Under the pieces are notes generated by a model, which had not been told where the DNA came from, did no database searches, and saw only the letters and a program-made list of their open reading frames with translations. Positions 29,269 to 39,090 of a DNA stretch of 64,000 nucleotides are shown piece by piece. Within the stretch, counting starts at the first letter, position 1. Each line of letters opens with the position of its first letter. Made by a program: the position numbers and the translations under genes. The stretch lies in sequence record PQ287642.1. One strand, written 5' to 3'.

Positions 29269-30255
29269 ATGGCATTTACAATCAATCTACGTTGGGTAAA
29301 CCCAAACGACGCGTCCGTAAGTATTAAAATTTATCGATCGGCAACAATGATTGATAGAAACAACCCTGGTACACCAATTGCAGAAGTCAATGGTGACGTT
29401 GATGGTTATGCTGACGAAGGGCTTACATATGGACTTATTTACTACTACATGTTTGAATCATCGAAAGATGGGGATGTAGCTAAATCTCGTGTATTCCAGT
29501 TCCATGCGGTACCTTTCACTGGACCTGGTCCACAGCGCTTAGTTGCAGGTAACATCAATTATGGTTACTACGGTTCTCTTCCCACTGTTGAATTTATTTC
29601 GGACAGTGAACTAATCGCTCGTTGTGGTTTGTCCTGGAACGCAGCTAATAATGCTGGTCAACGTTGGCATAAATTCGCATGGAAAGGACGGACTTTCTAT
29701 GTACCTGAATATTCCATCGCAACTGGTTCCCTGTACTGGATGGACCTCTATAATGCGGGTCTAGTATACAGTAAGAACGCAGTACCATCCGCTGTCCCCG
29801 GTGTTACTACTCCTGTTCCTCAGGGCAAGCGAATCAATTTTGCTCTATCTGAATTTGAAGTATCTTTGCCTTCCGTTCTAGTTGATCACGATGATCCTAA
29901 TTCTGTTAGTGATCTATCGTCATCCGCAGTGACTGCATTAGGTAATTCTGACCCATCTCTCAGTAATGGTACCGTCGAGTTATTTTTAGCCGGTATGACT
30001 AGTCAGTTCTATGCTAATAAAACATTGGAACGAGTTAACGTAACCGGTGATAATGAGGCTACACGTGTTAATAGTAAAGCTATTCTAACACGAGATACTC
30101 CAACCACTCAAGCTTCTGCATATATTTCGCGAAATACGAGTGCAACGAAAGCTTCGGCTTTTGTACCTCAACATACAAGTAGAACCTCAAGTTCAAACAT
30201 TTGGTTCCCTGTACTGGAACTTATCCCTGGTAACTTCGTTGACTTTGAGGTGTAA
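29269..30255 (+). CDS. Virion/tail paralog 2 with N-terminal FN3-like domain
   Basis: LRWVNPN..IYRS..Y.D..YYY then the shared GPGP..GYYG..WHKF..W.PVLEL domain. Confidence 0.75.
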   Translation: MAFTINLRWVNPNDASVSIKIYRSATMIDRNNPGTPIAEVNGDVDGYADEGLTYGLIYYYMFESSKDGDVAKSRVFQFHAVPFTGPGPQRLVAGNINYGYYGSLPTVEFISDSELIARCGLSWNAANNAGQRWHKFAWKGRTFYVPEYSIATGSLYWMDLYNAGLVYSKNAVPSAVPGVTTPVPQGKRINFALSEFEVSLPSVLVDHDDPNSVSDLSSSAVTALGNSDPSLSNGTVELFLAGMTSQFYANKTLERVNVTGDNEATRVNSKAILTRDTPTTQASAYISRNTSATKASAFVPQHTSRTSSSNIWFPVLELIPGNFVDFEV

Positions 30256-30257
30256 TC

Positions 30258-31208
30258 ATGGGTATTAAAGTACAATGGGGTTTGACCAATGATCGAGAAG
30301 CAGTCACATTTGATATTTTTCGATCTGAAACAAAATTCGATGAATCGACATTACCTAGTGTATTAGTTAATGTGCAAGGAAACATCAAAGAGTACGATGA
30401 TACAACAGCTATTAGAAATAAAGTCTACTATTACTGCATCGGTTCTAATTTTGAGAATGGTGATGTAACCTATTCCAAAGTGGTTGCACTTGCTAACATG
30501 CCTTACACTGGTTTCGGACCAAATACCCTTCGTTCTGGAGACTATGAATTAGGTTATTTTGGTGAGGTTCCAGATTTTGTATTACCTGGTGAAATAACAG
30601 ATCTTTGTGGACTCAGTCTTTTGACTGATATTAGAATTCCACCTGTAACGGATTTCATTTGGCATAAGTTCGTTGTAGATGGGCGCATTTTCATGCTACC
30701 AATTCGCTACGTGGCTTATAACCTACGTTGGGCTGATGTCTATAATGCGGGTTGTGCTTGGTCAACACCTGGAGACCATTGGGATGATCTTCCTGCTCCT
30801 GTTAAGACTGTAGTTGGTACGCCAACCGAACAAGGTAAGACTGTCATTATTAAGAATCATAGTTACAGAGTTGGCCTGCCTACATTTGCTGGTGAACGAT
30901 CACTCGCAAGTATAGCTGCTGGACAGGCTGTCTATGATCAGTTTAATGATCTACTTGGCCTCACATGGGATCGTCTAATTGCATATGCATCGAACATCAA
31001 TAAGCCTAACCTTAAAACACGCGTTAACTCGACTTCAACGAACGTTGTAATGACGGGTGGCGCACCTGGTTCGGGTATCTTCATGACGCGTACATTCGTA
31101 GGTGAAACCCAGTCTATATTGGTCAGAGGTGCAGCGCTTATGAACGTTTCCAGTACTCTGGTAAATAGCGCGGCTGCATTCATGCCAATTCTAGAACTAG
31201 AGCTATAG
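30258..31208 (+). CDS. Virion/tail paralog 3 with N-terminal FN3-like domain
   Basis: Same architecture; ends FMPILELEL. Confidence 0.75.
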   Translation: MGIKVQWGLTNDREAVTFDIFRSETKFDESTLPSVLVNVQGNIKEYDDTTAIRNKVYYYCIGSNFENGDVTYSKVVALANMPYTGFGPNTLRSGDYELGYFGEVPDFVLPGEITDLCGLSLLTDIRIPPVTDFIWHKFVVDGRIFMLPIRYVAYNLRWADVYNAGCAWSTPGDHWDDLPAPVKTVVGTPTEQGKTVIIKNHSYRVGLPTFAGERSLASIAAGQAVYDQFNDLLGLTWDRLIAYASNINKPNLKTRVNSTSTNVVMTGGAPGSGIFMTRTFVGETQSILVRGAALMNVSSTLVNSAAAFMPILELEL

Positions 31209-31216
31209 GTGATTCG

Positions 31217-32170
31217 ATGATTAAAGTAGGCTTTTCGGTTACAGGTGATATTGTTGACTTAAAAGCTTATCGTTCTACAGAACCATTTGATGTGAATAAT
31301 CTTCCAGCTGTTTTTAAGCAGCTGGATGTTACTGATCGAGAATTTGTAGACGATACCGCTTTGAAAGATACACCTTATTTCTATCTTGTTATTGGTACGG
31401 ACAATACAGGTTCTTTCGTATTGAGTGATGTAAAAGCTATTTGCATTATTGATTACACTAATAAAGGACCTGGTCCCGAAACTCCCGTATTCGGTGACTG
31501 GTGGATTGGTTACTTCGGAACATGTCCAATCGAAGATGTTTTTGAGGTGGCTGATTTTAAAACAAATTTGGCTTTACCATCTAACTTCAAGAATACTGTT
31601 GATCAACCAACAGAAGCATGGAAAATACAGTTCAAAGGTGTAACGTATTACATCCCGAACAGAGTTCCATATTCTGGAATGTCATTCATGGATGTTTATA
31701 GGGCAGGTGTTCTCCTTGATACGGTAGAAGACGGTGTTGGTACTTTACCATCATCTCTCACTAATCCAGCTGTAATGCAGGGTAAGATCTATTCTAGGAA
31801 TGGTAATAGTTTTGCTGTTGGGTGTATCCCACATGGTGATAAGGTAGTATACACCAATGCTACTGATGCGATGGTAAGTCTCCATGTGATGAATGATCTA
31901 GCTTTAGATACCTTCGAACGTCTATTCAATACAGCAGTAAACCCAACTGGACAGTTGTATTCTGGTTATCAACGCAGTCGTTACGGTAATCAGTTACCAT
32001 CGTCTATAGCTCCAGGTAATGGCTTGAATATTTTCTATAAAGCTGTTACTGAAGATAACCGTTGTATCCAACGTGGATTTAGCACATCTATCGCTCACCA
32101 GCTTGACAATGCTTTTACAGCTTCCGGTGCTGGGCGCGGATTCAATCCAGCATTACGTTTGATTCGATGA
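31217..32170 (+). CDS. Virion/tail paralog 4 with N-terminal FN3-like domain
   Basis: Same architecture; ends FNPALRLIR. Confidence 0.75.
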   Translation: MIKVGFSVTGDIVDLKAYRSTEPFDVNNLPAVFKQLDVTDREFVDDTALKDTPYFYLVIGTDNTGSFVLSDVKAICIIDYTNKGPGPETPVFGDWWIGYFGTCPIEDVFEVADFKTNLALPSNFKNTVDQPTEAWKIQFKGVTYYIPNRVPYSGMSFMDVYRAGVLLDTVEDGVGTLPSSLTNPAVMQGKIYSRNGNSFAVGCIPHGDKVVYTNATDAMVSLHVMNDLALDTFERLFNTAVNPTGQLYSGYQRSRYGNQLPSSIAPGNGLNIFYKAVTEDNRCIQRGFSTSIAHQLDNAFTASGAGRGFNPALRLIR

Positions 32171-32181
32171 GACAACATAAA

Positions 32182-32200
32182 GCCCGGCATTGAGCCGGGC
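32182..32200. terminator. Terminator after the paralog cluster
   Basis: GCCCGGC-ATTGA-GCCGGGC flanked by ACATAAA and ATATGT. Confidence 0.75.
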
Positions 32201-32231
32201 GATATGTCTGTTTAGATTAGAGAGTCCAAAC

Positions 32232-32357
32232 ATAGTCGTCAAGGCACCGTAGTTAGATACTCGTCTTTGCTCCCGCAAATACTTTAACGTATCAAGTTAA
32301 AGAATCGGCTGGATCACCCCCTTAAAGTGCAGCGCTATGCGCGACTGCCTTGACTAT
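32232..32357 (-). ncRNA. Candidate multi-branch structured ncRNA
   Basis: 9-bp closing stem GTCAAGGCA/TGCCTTGAC enclosing several hairpins, including a GNRA-capped stem on the minus strand; no ORF. Confidence 0.5.
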
Positions 32358-32438
32358 ATCATTACTGTTTTAGTAATCTTTTTCTAAATCTTACACGTAG
32401 GCCAATTCTATGAATTTACCCCTTAAGGATAAACCCAC

Positions 32439-35400
32439 ATGTTAGACTCATTCCGTTCGATATTTGGCGGCTTGACAGTCAAAGAAACTGAAACGGAGAT
32501 TATCATCTCTGGTATTCGTGGATTCGACATAGTCCGAGATATCAGTAAGCATTGGAAGACTTCCAAGATTACAACCAACTTGTTCAACAACATTGGTCGG
32601 AACTCATTAAGCTTCTATAAGTTCTTTGCTCCTGAAGTAATGTACATGTTGGAAAACATTGTCTATTACCGTTCTCGATATACCTCTGTAAAAATGATCG
32701 CTGCTATTAAAGATGCGCTTTTACAGAATACTTGGCTTGCCTCTACTAAAGCCATTGATGAGAAATCAGTACAAGGGCGACTTAATCTAGCTAATCTGTC
32801 TCGATTAAAATTTGATCCAAAACCGTATCAATTAGAGTATTTCAAGAACTACACATATCGGCTAGATCAATACAATCTAAATGGTGACTTAATTGCCGCG
32901 GCCGCCGGTACGGGTAAATCTCTTCGTTTGGACGCCGACATCAAGATACCAGGTGGCTGGATTAAAATGGGTGATGTTAAAGTAGGCGATATTGTCACCG
33001 CTTGGGATGGTACCCCTACACGTGTGACCGGCGTGTACCCACAAGGTAAGCGTCAAACTTTCACGATCAAGTTCAAAGATGGGCGGGAAGTAGATGCATG
33101 CGATGAACATCTTTGGCGCGTCTATAAATACGACTGGACACGATATGGAGGAGATGGTTGGAAAATAATCAATACCAAAGAACTCTTTGCTTACATGCAA
33201 ATGCCGAGTTTTAAGAATCGTTTGTATATCCAGCTTTGCAAATCCGAAGATACTCCAGCCCTAGATCTTCCTATTGATCCATATAACCTCGGTGTTATCT
33301 TAGGCGATGGATGCCTATCTAAAGGTATCGATATTACTAAGGGTGATCAAGAAATATTTGATCTGGTAAAACTTCCGGATAACCTTAAGTTTGTTACTCG
33401 CGATCATAAGACGCGTGGTATCGTTGCTAAAGACGGGGAGAAAAACACCTATCTCGATATTTTTCGTGAACTCGGATTAATGGGTAAGACAGCCCTTGAT
33501 AAGTTTATTCCTGACCAGTATCTCCATGGATCGACGGAACAACGTTTGGCAATCATCCAGGGCTTAATGGACACCGATGGTACCGTAGATGAGAATAGTA
33601 ACGTTAGCTTCTGTAGTAGTAGTTACCGTTTGGCTACTCAATTCCAATACCTGATTAGATCGTTAGGCGGCATTGCTAAGATTCAGGTTAGAGAGCCGCA
33701 TTACACTTATCTTGGTGAACGTCGTGAAGGTAACGCGGCATATCGGGTTAACGTTCGTTTCCCTGAACCCAGCACGTTGTTTAGATTAACTCGCAAACGC
33801 GAACGATGTAATGATAACGGTCAGTATGCCGGTGAAACACTCAAGCTTAAGATCACACACGTAAATCTTTCCGAAAGGATTGAGACGCAATGCATTAGCG
33901 TTGAGCACCCTGATCATTTGTTTATTACGAACGATTTCATAGTGACACATAACACATATCTTACTTCAGCTATTGCCGAGATGCTTGATGCTGAACTCAT
34001 TGTTGTAATGTGCCCTAAGAATGCTTTGGATCTAGTCTGGTTAGATTCCCTGAAAGAGATGTTCCATAAGCCGCAAACAGTTTGGCATACGTTCGAACCT
34101 AATATGCCCTACAAAGGACAGCGTTGGATCGTCTGTCATTACGATGCAATGGATAAGGTAGTAGAACTTCTTAGAAACCGTAATATAGTTGGTAGCAAAC
34201 GTACTGTGACGATTCTAGATGAATCGCACAACATGAATGACCCTAACTCTACGCGGACTAAACTTTATCAACTCATTGTAAAGATGGTCGGTTCTCGTAA
34301 TAATCTTTTAGCTTCGGGCACGCCTGTAAAAGCATTGGGTGTTGAACTGATTAACTTACTGCGAATAGTAGATCCTCTATTCACTCCGCAGGTAGAAGAA
34401 CGCTTCAAGAAGATGTATGGTAAAGAAGCGTCTAAAGGACTCGATATAATCAGACATCGATTAGGTCTTGTATCCTACAAGGTAGAGAAACAAGAACTCG
34501 ACCTAGAGCCCCCGATCATGCGTCCTTATCCAATTAAAATTCCGAATGGTGATGACTTCACCCTCCCGGCTATTAGAAAGGTTATGGAAGCATTTATTCA
34601 AGAACGCTGGGCTTACTACAAAAAGCGGAGACCTGAAGATGATAAACGCTGGGCAGAGTTCTGTGGACTCCATCGAAAAACCCTCAAAACAGCCGCACAG
34701 GAAAGAGCCTTCAAAGAGTACTTGGATCTGGTCAAGTATGTTCAACAGATCCCTGATCCACGCTTTGCAGGAGAGGAAATTAAAGCAACGAACCAATACG
34801 AGAAATTAGTATTTGGACCTTCCCTTCCAAAGCAATTCATCCATGAGTTCAGAGACATCAAATCGGTTATTAAATATACTAACCTTAAGATTCAAGGTGA
34901 ATGTCTTGGACGTGTGTTAGGTGGTAAACGTATTGAATGCCACGTGGCAATGGTCCCGTATGTCGACTGGGTTGGTATTACAGAATCTACTCACAAGAAG
35001 ACGATTATGTTTACTAGCTTTGTTGAAGCAGTGGAAGCAGCAGATGCACATTGTGTTAAGCTAGGTATGAAACCACTAGCCGTTTATGGGAAGACTACTA
35101 ATGAACTGGCTGAAATCGTTAAACGCTTTGATTCGGGTAAGGATCTAAATCCACTCAATGCTACATATGCTTCTCTATCGACAGCTGTTCGCCTGACAAT
35201 GGCAGATACCTTGATTCTATTGAATAGCCCATTCAGAGCTTATATTCTGGAACAGGCTATATCTCGTGCTTATCGTTTAGGTCAAGATTCTCAAGTTGTT
35301 GTTTACCAGTGTTCTCTCGATACTGGGGATATCCCAAATATCTCTACCCGATCGGCTGATATTCTTAAATGGAGTCAGGATCAAGTAGAAGCGATTATGG

Positions 35401-35588
35401 GTATCAAGTCTCCATTTGAGATTGGAGAGGCAATGGAAGACTATGGTGATGAAACACAGTTTGATGAGAACAAAGTAATCCATAGTGTTCTTCAGAAAGC
35501 ATTCGAAAAATTCGACATCGAGATTCCGACAGTTGATTTCGAGATACCCCTTAAACCCAAATCTAATGTTCCCGCATATTTGCGGTGA
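32439..35588 (+). CDS. SF2 (SNF2/DEAD-like) helicase interrupted by an intein
   Basis: Walker A AAAGTGK|T, LDESH, ASGTP, late motifs (TAVRLT, QAISRAYRLGQ). Confidence 0.9.
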   Translation: MLDSFRSIFGGLTVKETETEIIISGIRGFDIVRDISKHWKTSKITTNLFNNIGRNSLSFYKFFAPEVMYMLENIVYYRSRYTSVKMIAAIKDALLQNTWLASTKAIDEKSVQGRLNLANLSRLKFDPKPYQLEYFKNYTYRLDQYNLNGDLIAAAAGTGKSLRLDADIKIPGGWIKMGDVKVGDIVTAWDGTPTRVTGVYPQGKRQTFTIKFKDGREVDACDEHLWRVYKYDWTRYGGDGWKIINTKELFAYMQMPSFKNRLYIQLCKSEDTPALDLPIDPYNLGVILGDGCLSKGIDITKGDQEIFDLVKLPDNLKFVTRDHKTRGIVAKDGEKNTYLDIFRELGLMGKTALDKFIPDQYLHGSTEQRLAIIQGLMDTDGTVDENSNVSFCSSSYRLATQFQYLIRSLGGIAKIQVREPHYTYLGERREGNAAYRVNVRFPEPSTLFRLTRKRERCNDNGQYAGETLKLKITHVNLSERIETQCISVEHPDHLFITNDFIVTHNTYLTSAIAEMLDAELIVVMCPKNALDLVWLDSLKEMFHKPQTVWHTFEPNMPYKGQRWIVCHYDAMDKVVELLRNRNIVGSKRTVTILDESHNMNDPNSTRTKLYQLIVKMVGSRNNLLASGTPVKALGVELINLLRIVDPLFTPQVEERFKKMYGKEASKGLDIIRHRLGLVSYKVEKQELDLEPPIMRPYPIKIPNGDDFTLPAIRKVMEAFIQERWAYYKKRRPEDDKRWAEFCGLHRKTLKTAAQERAFKEYLDLVKYVQQIPDPRFAGEEIKATNQYEKLVFGPSLPKQFIHEFRDIKSVIKYTNLKIQGECLGRVLGGKRIECHVAMVPYVDWVGITESTHKKTIMFTSFVEAVEAADAHCVKLGMKPLAVYGKTTNELAEIVKRFDSGKDLNPLNATYASLSTAVRLTMADTLILLNSPFRAYILEQAISRAYRLGQDSQVVVYQCSLDTGDIPNISTRSADILKWSQDQVEAIMGIKSPFEIGEAMEDYGDETQFDENKVIHSVLQKAFEKFDIEIPTVDFEIPLKPKSNVPAYLR
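32919..33953 (+). mobile_element. 345-aa intein with LAGLIDADG homing endonuclease
   Basis: Starts SLRLDADI, block B ACDEHLW, LGVILGDG and QGLMDTDG motifs, ends IVTHN followed by Thr+1. Confidence 0.92.
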
Positions 35589-35600
35589 TTGGAGTCTACA

Positions 35601-35990
35601 ATGAGTGAAACAAATAAAGGTATGATTGCGGCCATCAACCGTTATCTACTTAAGATCGAAGAACTAATCGCTGGCGGTGGTGGTTCTGGTGGTGGCGGTG
35701 CAGCGGCCATTATCTACGAGAGTACAACTGTACCGGCAGGTGGAACTAAGACGTATGATCTTGTTCCTTTGATTCCAGCTGGTTCAGAGGTACCCCGTAC
35801 AGCTTCTGTCGAAGTAAAGATTAGAGATACTGTAAACGGTTCTCTCACCAAAGATTGCTACATTGATGCTTCTGCTGTATTAACCTGGGGTATTAAAGAT
35901 GATGGTACTTTAGTTATTGCTAACCCATCGTCTGCCACTGTTGCATACATTGTCATTGTCAGAGCACCCCATAAGAAAATCGTACCTTAA
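35601..35990 (+). CDS. Small virion-type protein with Gly linker
   Basis: GGAG RBS; GGGGSGGGG linker; precedes a large tail-like gene. Confidence 0.65.
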   Translation: MSETNKGMIAAINRYLLKIEELIAGGGGSGGGGAAAIIYESTTVPAGGTKTYDLVPLIPAGSEVPRTASVEVKIRDTVNGSLTKDCYIDASAVLTWGIKDDGTLVIANPSSATVAYIVIVRAPHKKIVP

Positions 35991-36002
35991 TAGGAGCCTG
36001 AA

Positions 36003-39000
36003 ATGGCATATGCTAATCCAGACAAAAAACCTGGGGCCTATCCTAGTACCCAGGTTGTAAAATGGACATTTGATTCTAATGTCGCTACTAATGGTGTCGC
36101 GTATTCTGTTAATGGTTTACCGCCAGTCGTTTCTGAGTATATCGCTTACGATTCTTTAAGCCCACCTACTCCATTCATTGCCGTTACCCAAGATGGTAAC
36201 GGCAATGTTGTTTACGATGGTGGTTTTCCAAAGTTCATGAATCCACAGGCAGCAAACATTTCCATGACTCAGGGTGTTCTAGATTTCTCTGCTAGACTAC
36301 AACCTGATGCAAACGGTCTAGACCTTTGCTACTATGAAGTAATTAACAATAACACTTACACAGTTAAAAGTGGAGATGTTCTTGTTTACGATCACTATGT
36401 GTTCGATGATGCATATTTTGGTTTAGACTGTACTGTTTATGATGAAACTGGTAATAACCCTGTTCGATTTAGGAACTACAGTCCTGTAATCAAAGACAAT
36501 GGTAACCCCGCCACTGCAACACATCCAGTTATGTGTAGAGACAGGCCGGAATGGAAAAACAAATGGGTGACACGTACAGTCCCATTGGAAGCCATTGTTG
36601 GTAAGCGGTTATCGACTTGGACCGTGGCATTTGAGAACGATGCAGATCCTACCCTTGTAAAAGAGTATCGTGGCCAGCTGAGAAATGCACGGATCCTTAA
36701 CGGAACAACTGTTGCTTTCGCTGTCATGACAAACAGTCTTGTGGTTAATCCAACAACACCGCAGGATTGGATAGGCAGTTGGACTGTTACCCGTAAACGC
36801 TATCTTGGTCCAGGTAAAAACCTAAACTCTAGTCAAACCTATTTTAAGAACTGTCTTGATTTTATTGCTAACCCTGCGAAAGTTGCTAGCGGTAATAAAA
36901 ACATTCTTGTCCTAGGTGATGCAACTACTGGTAACTATGTACTGAAGACCGCGTTCAATGAATACATTACTAAGGTCGCGGGAGCTGGTGGTTTTACATG
37001 CACCCTGAAAGATCAGACCGATTATGATGGAACCCATTTAAATCCAACCTTAACGGAATTAAACAATTACGCAGGGTTGGTATTTGTTGGTTCTTTAAGT
37101 GATCCGAATCAATCAGTTAACGGTAAGTTTACGCAAACTGCGATTCAGGATATTCTTACATATCGGAAAGCTGGTAATGGCATTTTCATATTTACAGACC
37201 ATGGTCCAGTTATTAACAGCATCGAAGAAGCGTATCCGGTTCCAACTGCATCTAACTGTTTCTTTGTTACTGCTAACCAACTTGCTGTAAACTTCAACGC
37301 GTATTTCAGTGGTTCTGTCGATAGATCGAATGTTAACGTTGGATTTATACGGACAACTTACGGCGATCATGTTCTCTACAATGATCTAACTGATGGTGAT
37401 TTTATCGTAGCTGGTGGTAGTGAATCGAGTGTAGTCGTTAAAGAAGTTGTTTTCCAAAAGAAGGATCCAGTGACATTAACCTTCAACCCTGGAAAACATA
37501 CTGTTAACTTCTTGCTACGGTTAACGGACGGTAGCGTTAAGTCGATGAGTTTCGCATACCTCATTGGTACAGGTGACTATGTTATCTTCAAAGATAAAGA
37601 AGGTAATAATATCACCCTGCTCGATACCGACTTGTCTGATATTGCTGACATTACAATAGAAATCGATGGATCTTCTGTTGGTAGTATTATAGCAGATATT
37701 TACCGTTCTGAAGGTTCGGCGCCAGCGAGGGAAACAAAAGTTGGTCAGGCTTGGTACTCTACTGAAACAGGTAGTCATCAGACGATCTATCCAGTAGACG
37801 GAATCTATGTTAATGATAACGATGAAATACGAGTTAAAATCGTAGAGCCGTTTGAGTACGAATCCCGATTACCGATCAAACGTTATACGCCTGCTATTGC
37901 TAACCGATATGGCCGCGCTGAAAATACCAAACCGTATCTTGATCGATTTAAGACAGGTACTACAGAAACGGGTGAACCTATCTATTCTGTTACTCCTATC
38001 CAAGTGCCCCACAAACTAGTTGAAGATATTCATCAACTCCGACCAGTTTACAATATTCTAAATAATACTTTAAGTGTAGGTTCTCACTTTAAGAATCTTA
38101 TTAGTTATTTCACTGGTGAGTTACAGAAAACTAATGTTCAGGGTTTAGCTTATGCAACTACAGCCGAAACGTTAGAGACTCTTGAAAGGTTAAAACCTCC
38201 GACGCCAAAACAAATCTTCGAGAGTTGGGATAGGTTTAATAATGATAAACTATTCCCTGGTGGTGTAGGTGCAGAAGGTGATGCCGCTAGTTGGTACTGG
38301 AATGATACATTACAGGCTGCGGTTCAACCAATCAATACTAGTCTTTATAATGGATTCATTTCTGATGAAGCTCCAGAGTCATATGAACTTGAAGTCACTC
38401 TTACATCAAGTGATGCTGATGACGACTTTAACACGGTTATTCTAGCATTTAATCGTGATGAAGCTGCTGGACGTAACCATACACTTGACTTAGTAATATC
38501 CGGTCCAAGTGGAGGTTGGTCTAATAGACCAGTATGGCCAGTTCAGTCCATTGTAAAGGACTTTAGCAAGCATACGACTTGGAATGCGAATCCCACTGAG
38601 TATAAGGAATATTCAGTTAGGGAAGCAACACCACCTAAAGGTTGGAGTGGTAGATTCATACGTGTTAAGGTAATCAGAACAGGTGACCTGTTTAATGTTA
38701 AATGTTCGGATTGGAATGGAACAACATTTAATCCAGCCTATGACATGAGTATTAATCTAAATGACCATCCTGAATTAAGTATTTTCAAAGGTGGTAAGAA
38801 ATATGGTTTTGGTAGTTTGTCGCAGGCTAACTCTTATTTCAAAGACATTACTTACGAGAGTAGTCTAAAGAGAAATATTGTTTGCGATATGAAAACCAAT
38901 ACGGTATATGCTTGGTTTAATGATACCTGGTCTATCTTACCTAACACTAAGGTAAAAGACATTTACGGTGCACCAAGGATTCTTCAAAGTTTTGAAGATC

Positions 39001-39053
39001 CAACAAAACGTTGGATGATTCCAGTTAATGGAAATCCAGTACCTGTACAATAA
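36003..39053 (+). CDS. Large multidomain virion protein (tail fibre/appendage-like)
   Basis: 1016 aa, beta-rich, Thr/Asn/Gly-rich modules; late-strand orientation. Confidence 0.6.
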   Translation: MAYANPDKKPGAYPSTQVVKWTFDSNVATNGVAYSVNGLPPVVSEYIAYDSLSPPTPFIAVTQDGNGNVVYDGGFPKFMNPQAANISMTQGVLDFSARLQPDANGLDLCYYEVINNNTYTVKSGDVLVYDHYVFDDAYFGLDCTVYDETGNNPVRFRNYSPVIKDNGNPATATHPVMCRDRPEWKNKWVTRTVPLEAIVGKRLSTWTVAFENDADPTLVKEYRGQLRNARILNGTTVAFAVMTNSLVVNPTTPQDWIGSWTVTRKRYLGPGKNLNSSQTYFKNCLDFIANPAKVASGNKNILVLGDATTGNYVLKTAFNEYITKVAGAGGFTCTLKDQTDYDGTHLNPTLTELNNYAGLVFVGSLSDPNQSVNGKFTQTAIQDILTYRKAGNGIFIFTDHGPVINSIEEAYPVPTASNCFFVTANQLAVNFNAYFSGSVDRSNVNVGFIRTTYGDHVLYNDLTDGDFIVAGGSESSVVVKEVVFQKKDPVTLTFNPGKHTVNFLLRLTDGSVKSMSFAYLIGTGDYVIFKDKEGNNITLLDTDLSDIADITIEIDGSSVGSIIADIYRSEGSAPARETKVGQAWYSTETGSHQTIYPVDGIYVNDNDEIRVKIVEPFEYESRLPIKRYTPAIANRYGRAENTKPYLDRFKTGTTETGEPIYSVTPIQVPHKLVEDIHQLRPVYNILNNTLSVGSHFKNLISYFTGELQKTNVQGLAYATTAETLETLERLKPPTPKQIFESWDRFNNDKLFPGGVGAEGDAASWYWNDTLQAAVQPINTSLYNGFISDEAPESYELEVTLTSSDADDDFNTVILAFNRDEAAGRNHTLDLVISGPSGGWSNRPVWPVQSIVKDFSKHTTWNANPTEYKEYSVREATPPKGWSGRFIRVKVIRTGDLFNVKCSDWNGTTFNPAYDMSINLNDHPELSIFKGGKKYGFGSLSQANSYFKDITYESSLKRNIVCDMKTNTVYAWFNDTWSILPNTKVKDIYGAPRILQSFEDPTKRWMIPVNGNPVPVQ

Positions 39054-39063
39054 CGACATAAAC

Positions 39064-39081
39064 GCCTCCCTTCGGGGAGGC
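39064..39081. terminator. Convergent bidirectional terminator
   Basis: GCCTCCC-TTCG-GGGAGGC between convergent genes. Confidence 0.85.
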
Positions 39082-39090
39082 TTTATGTTG

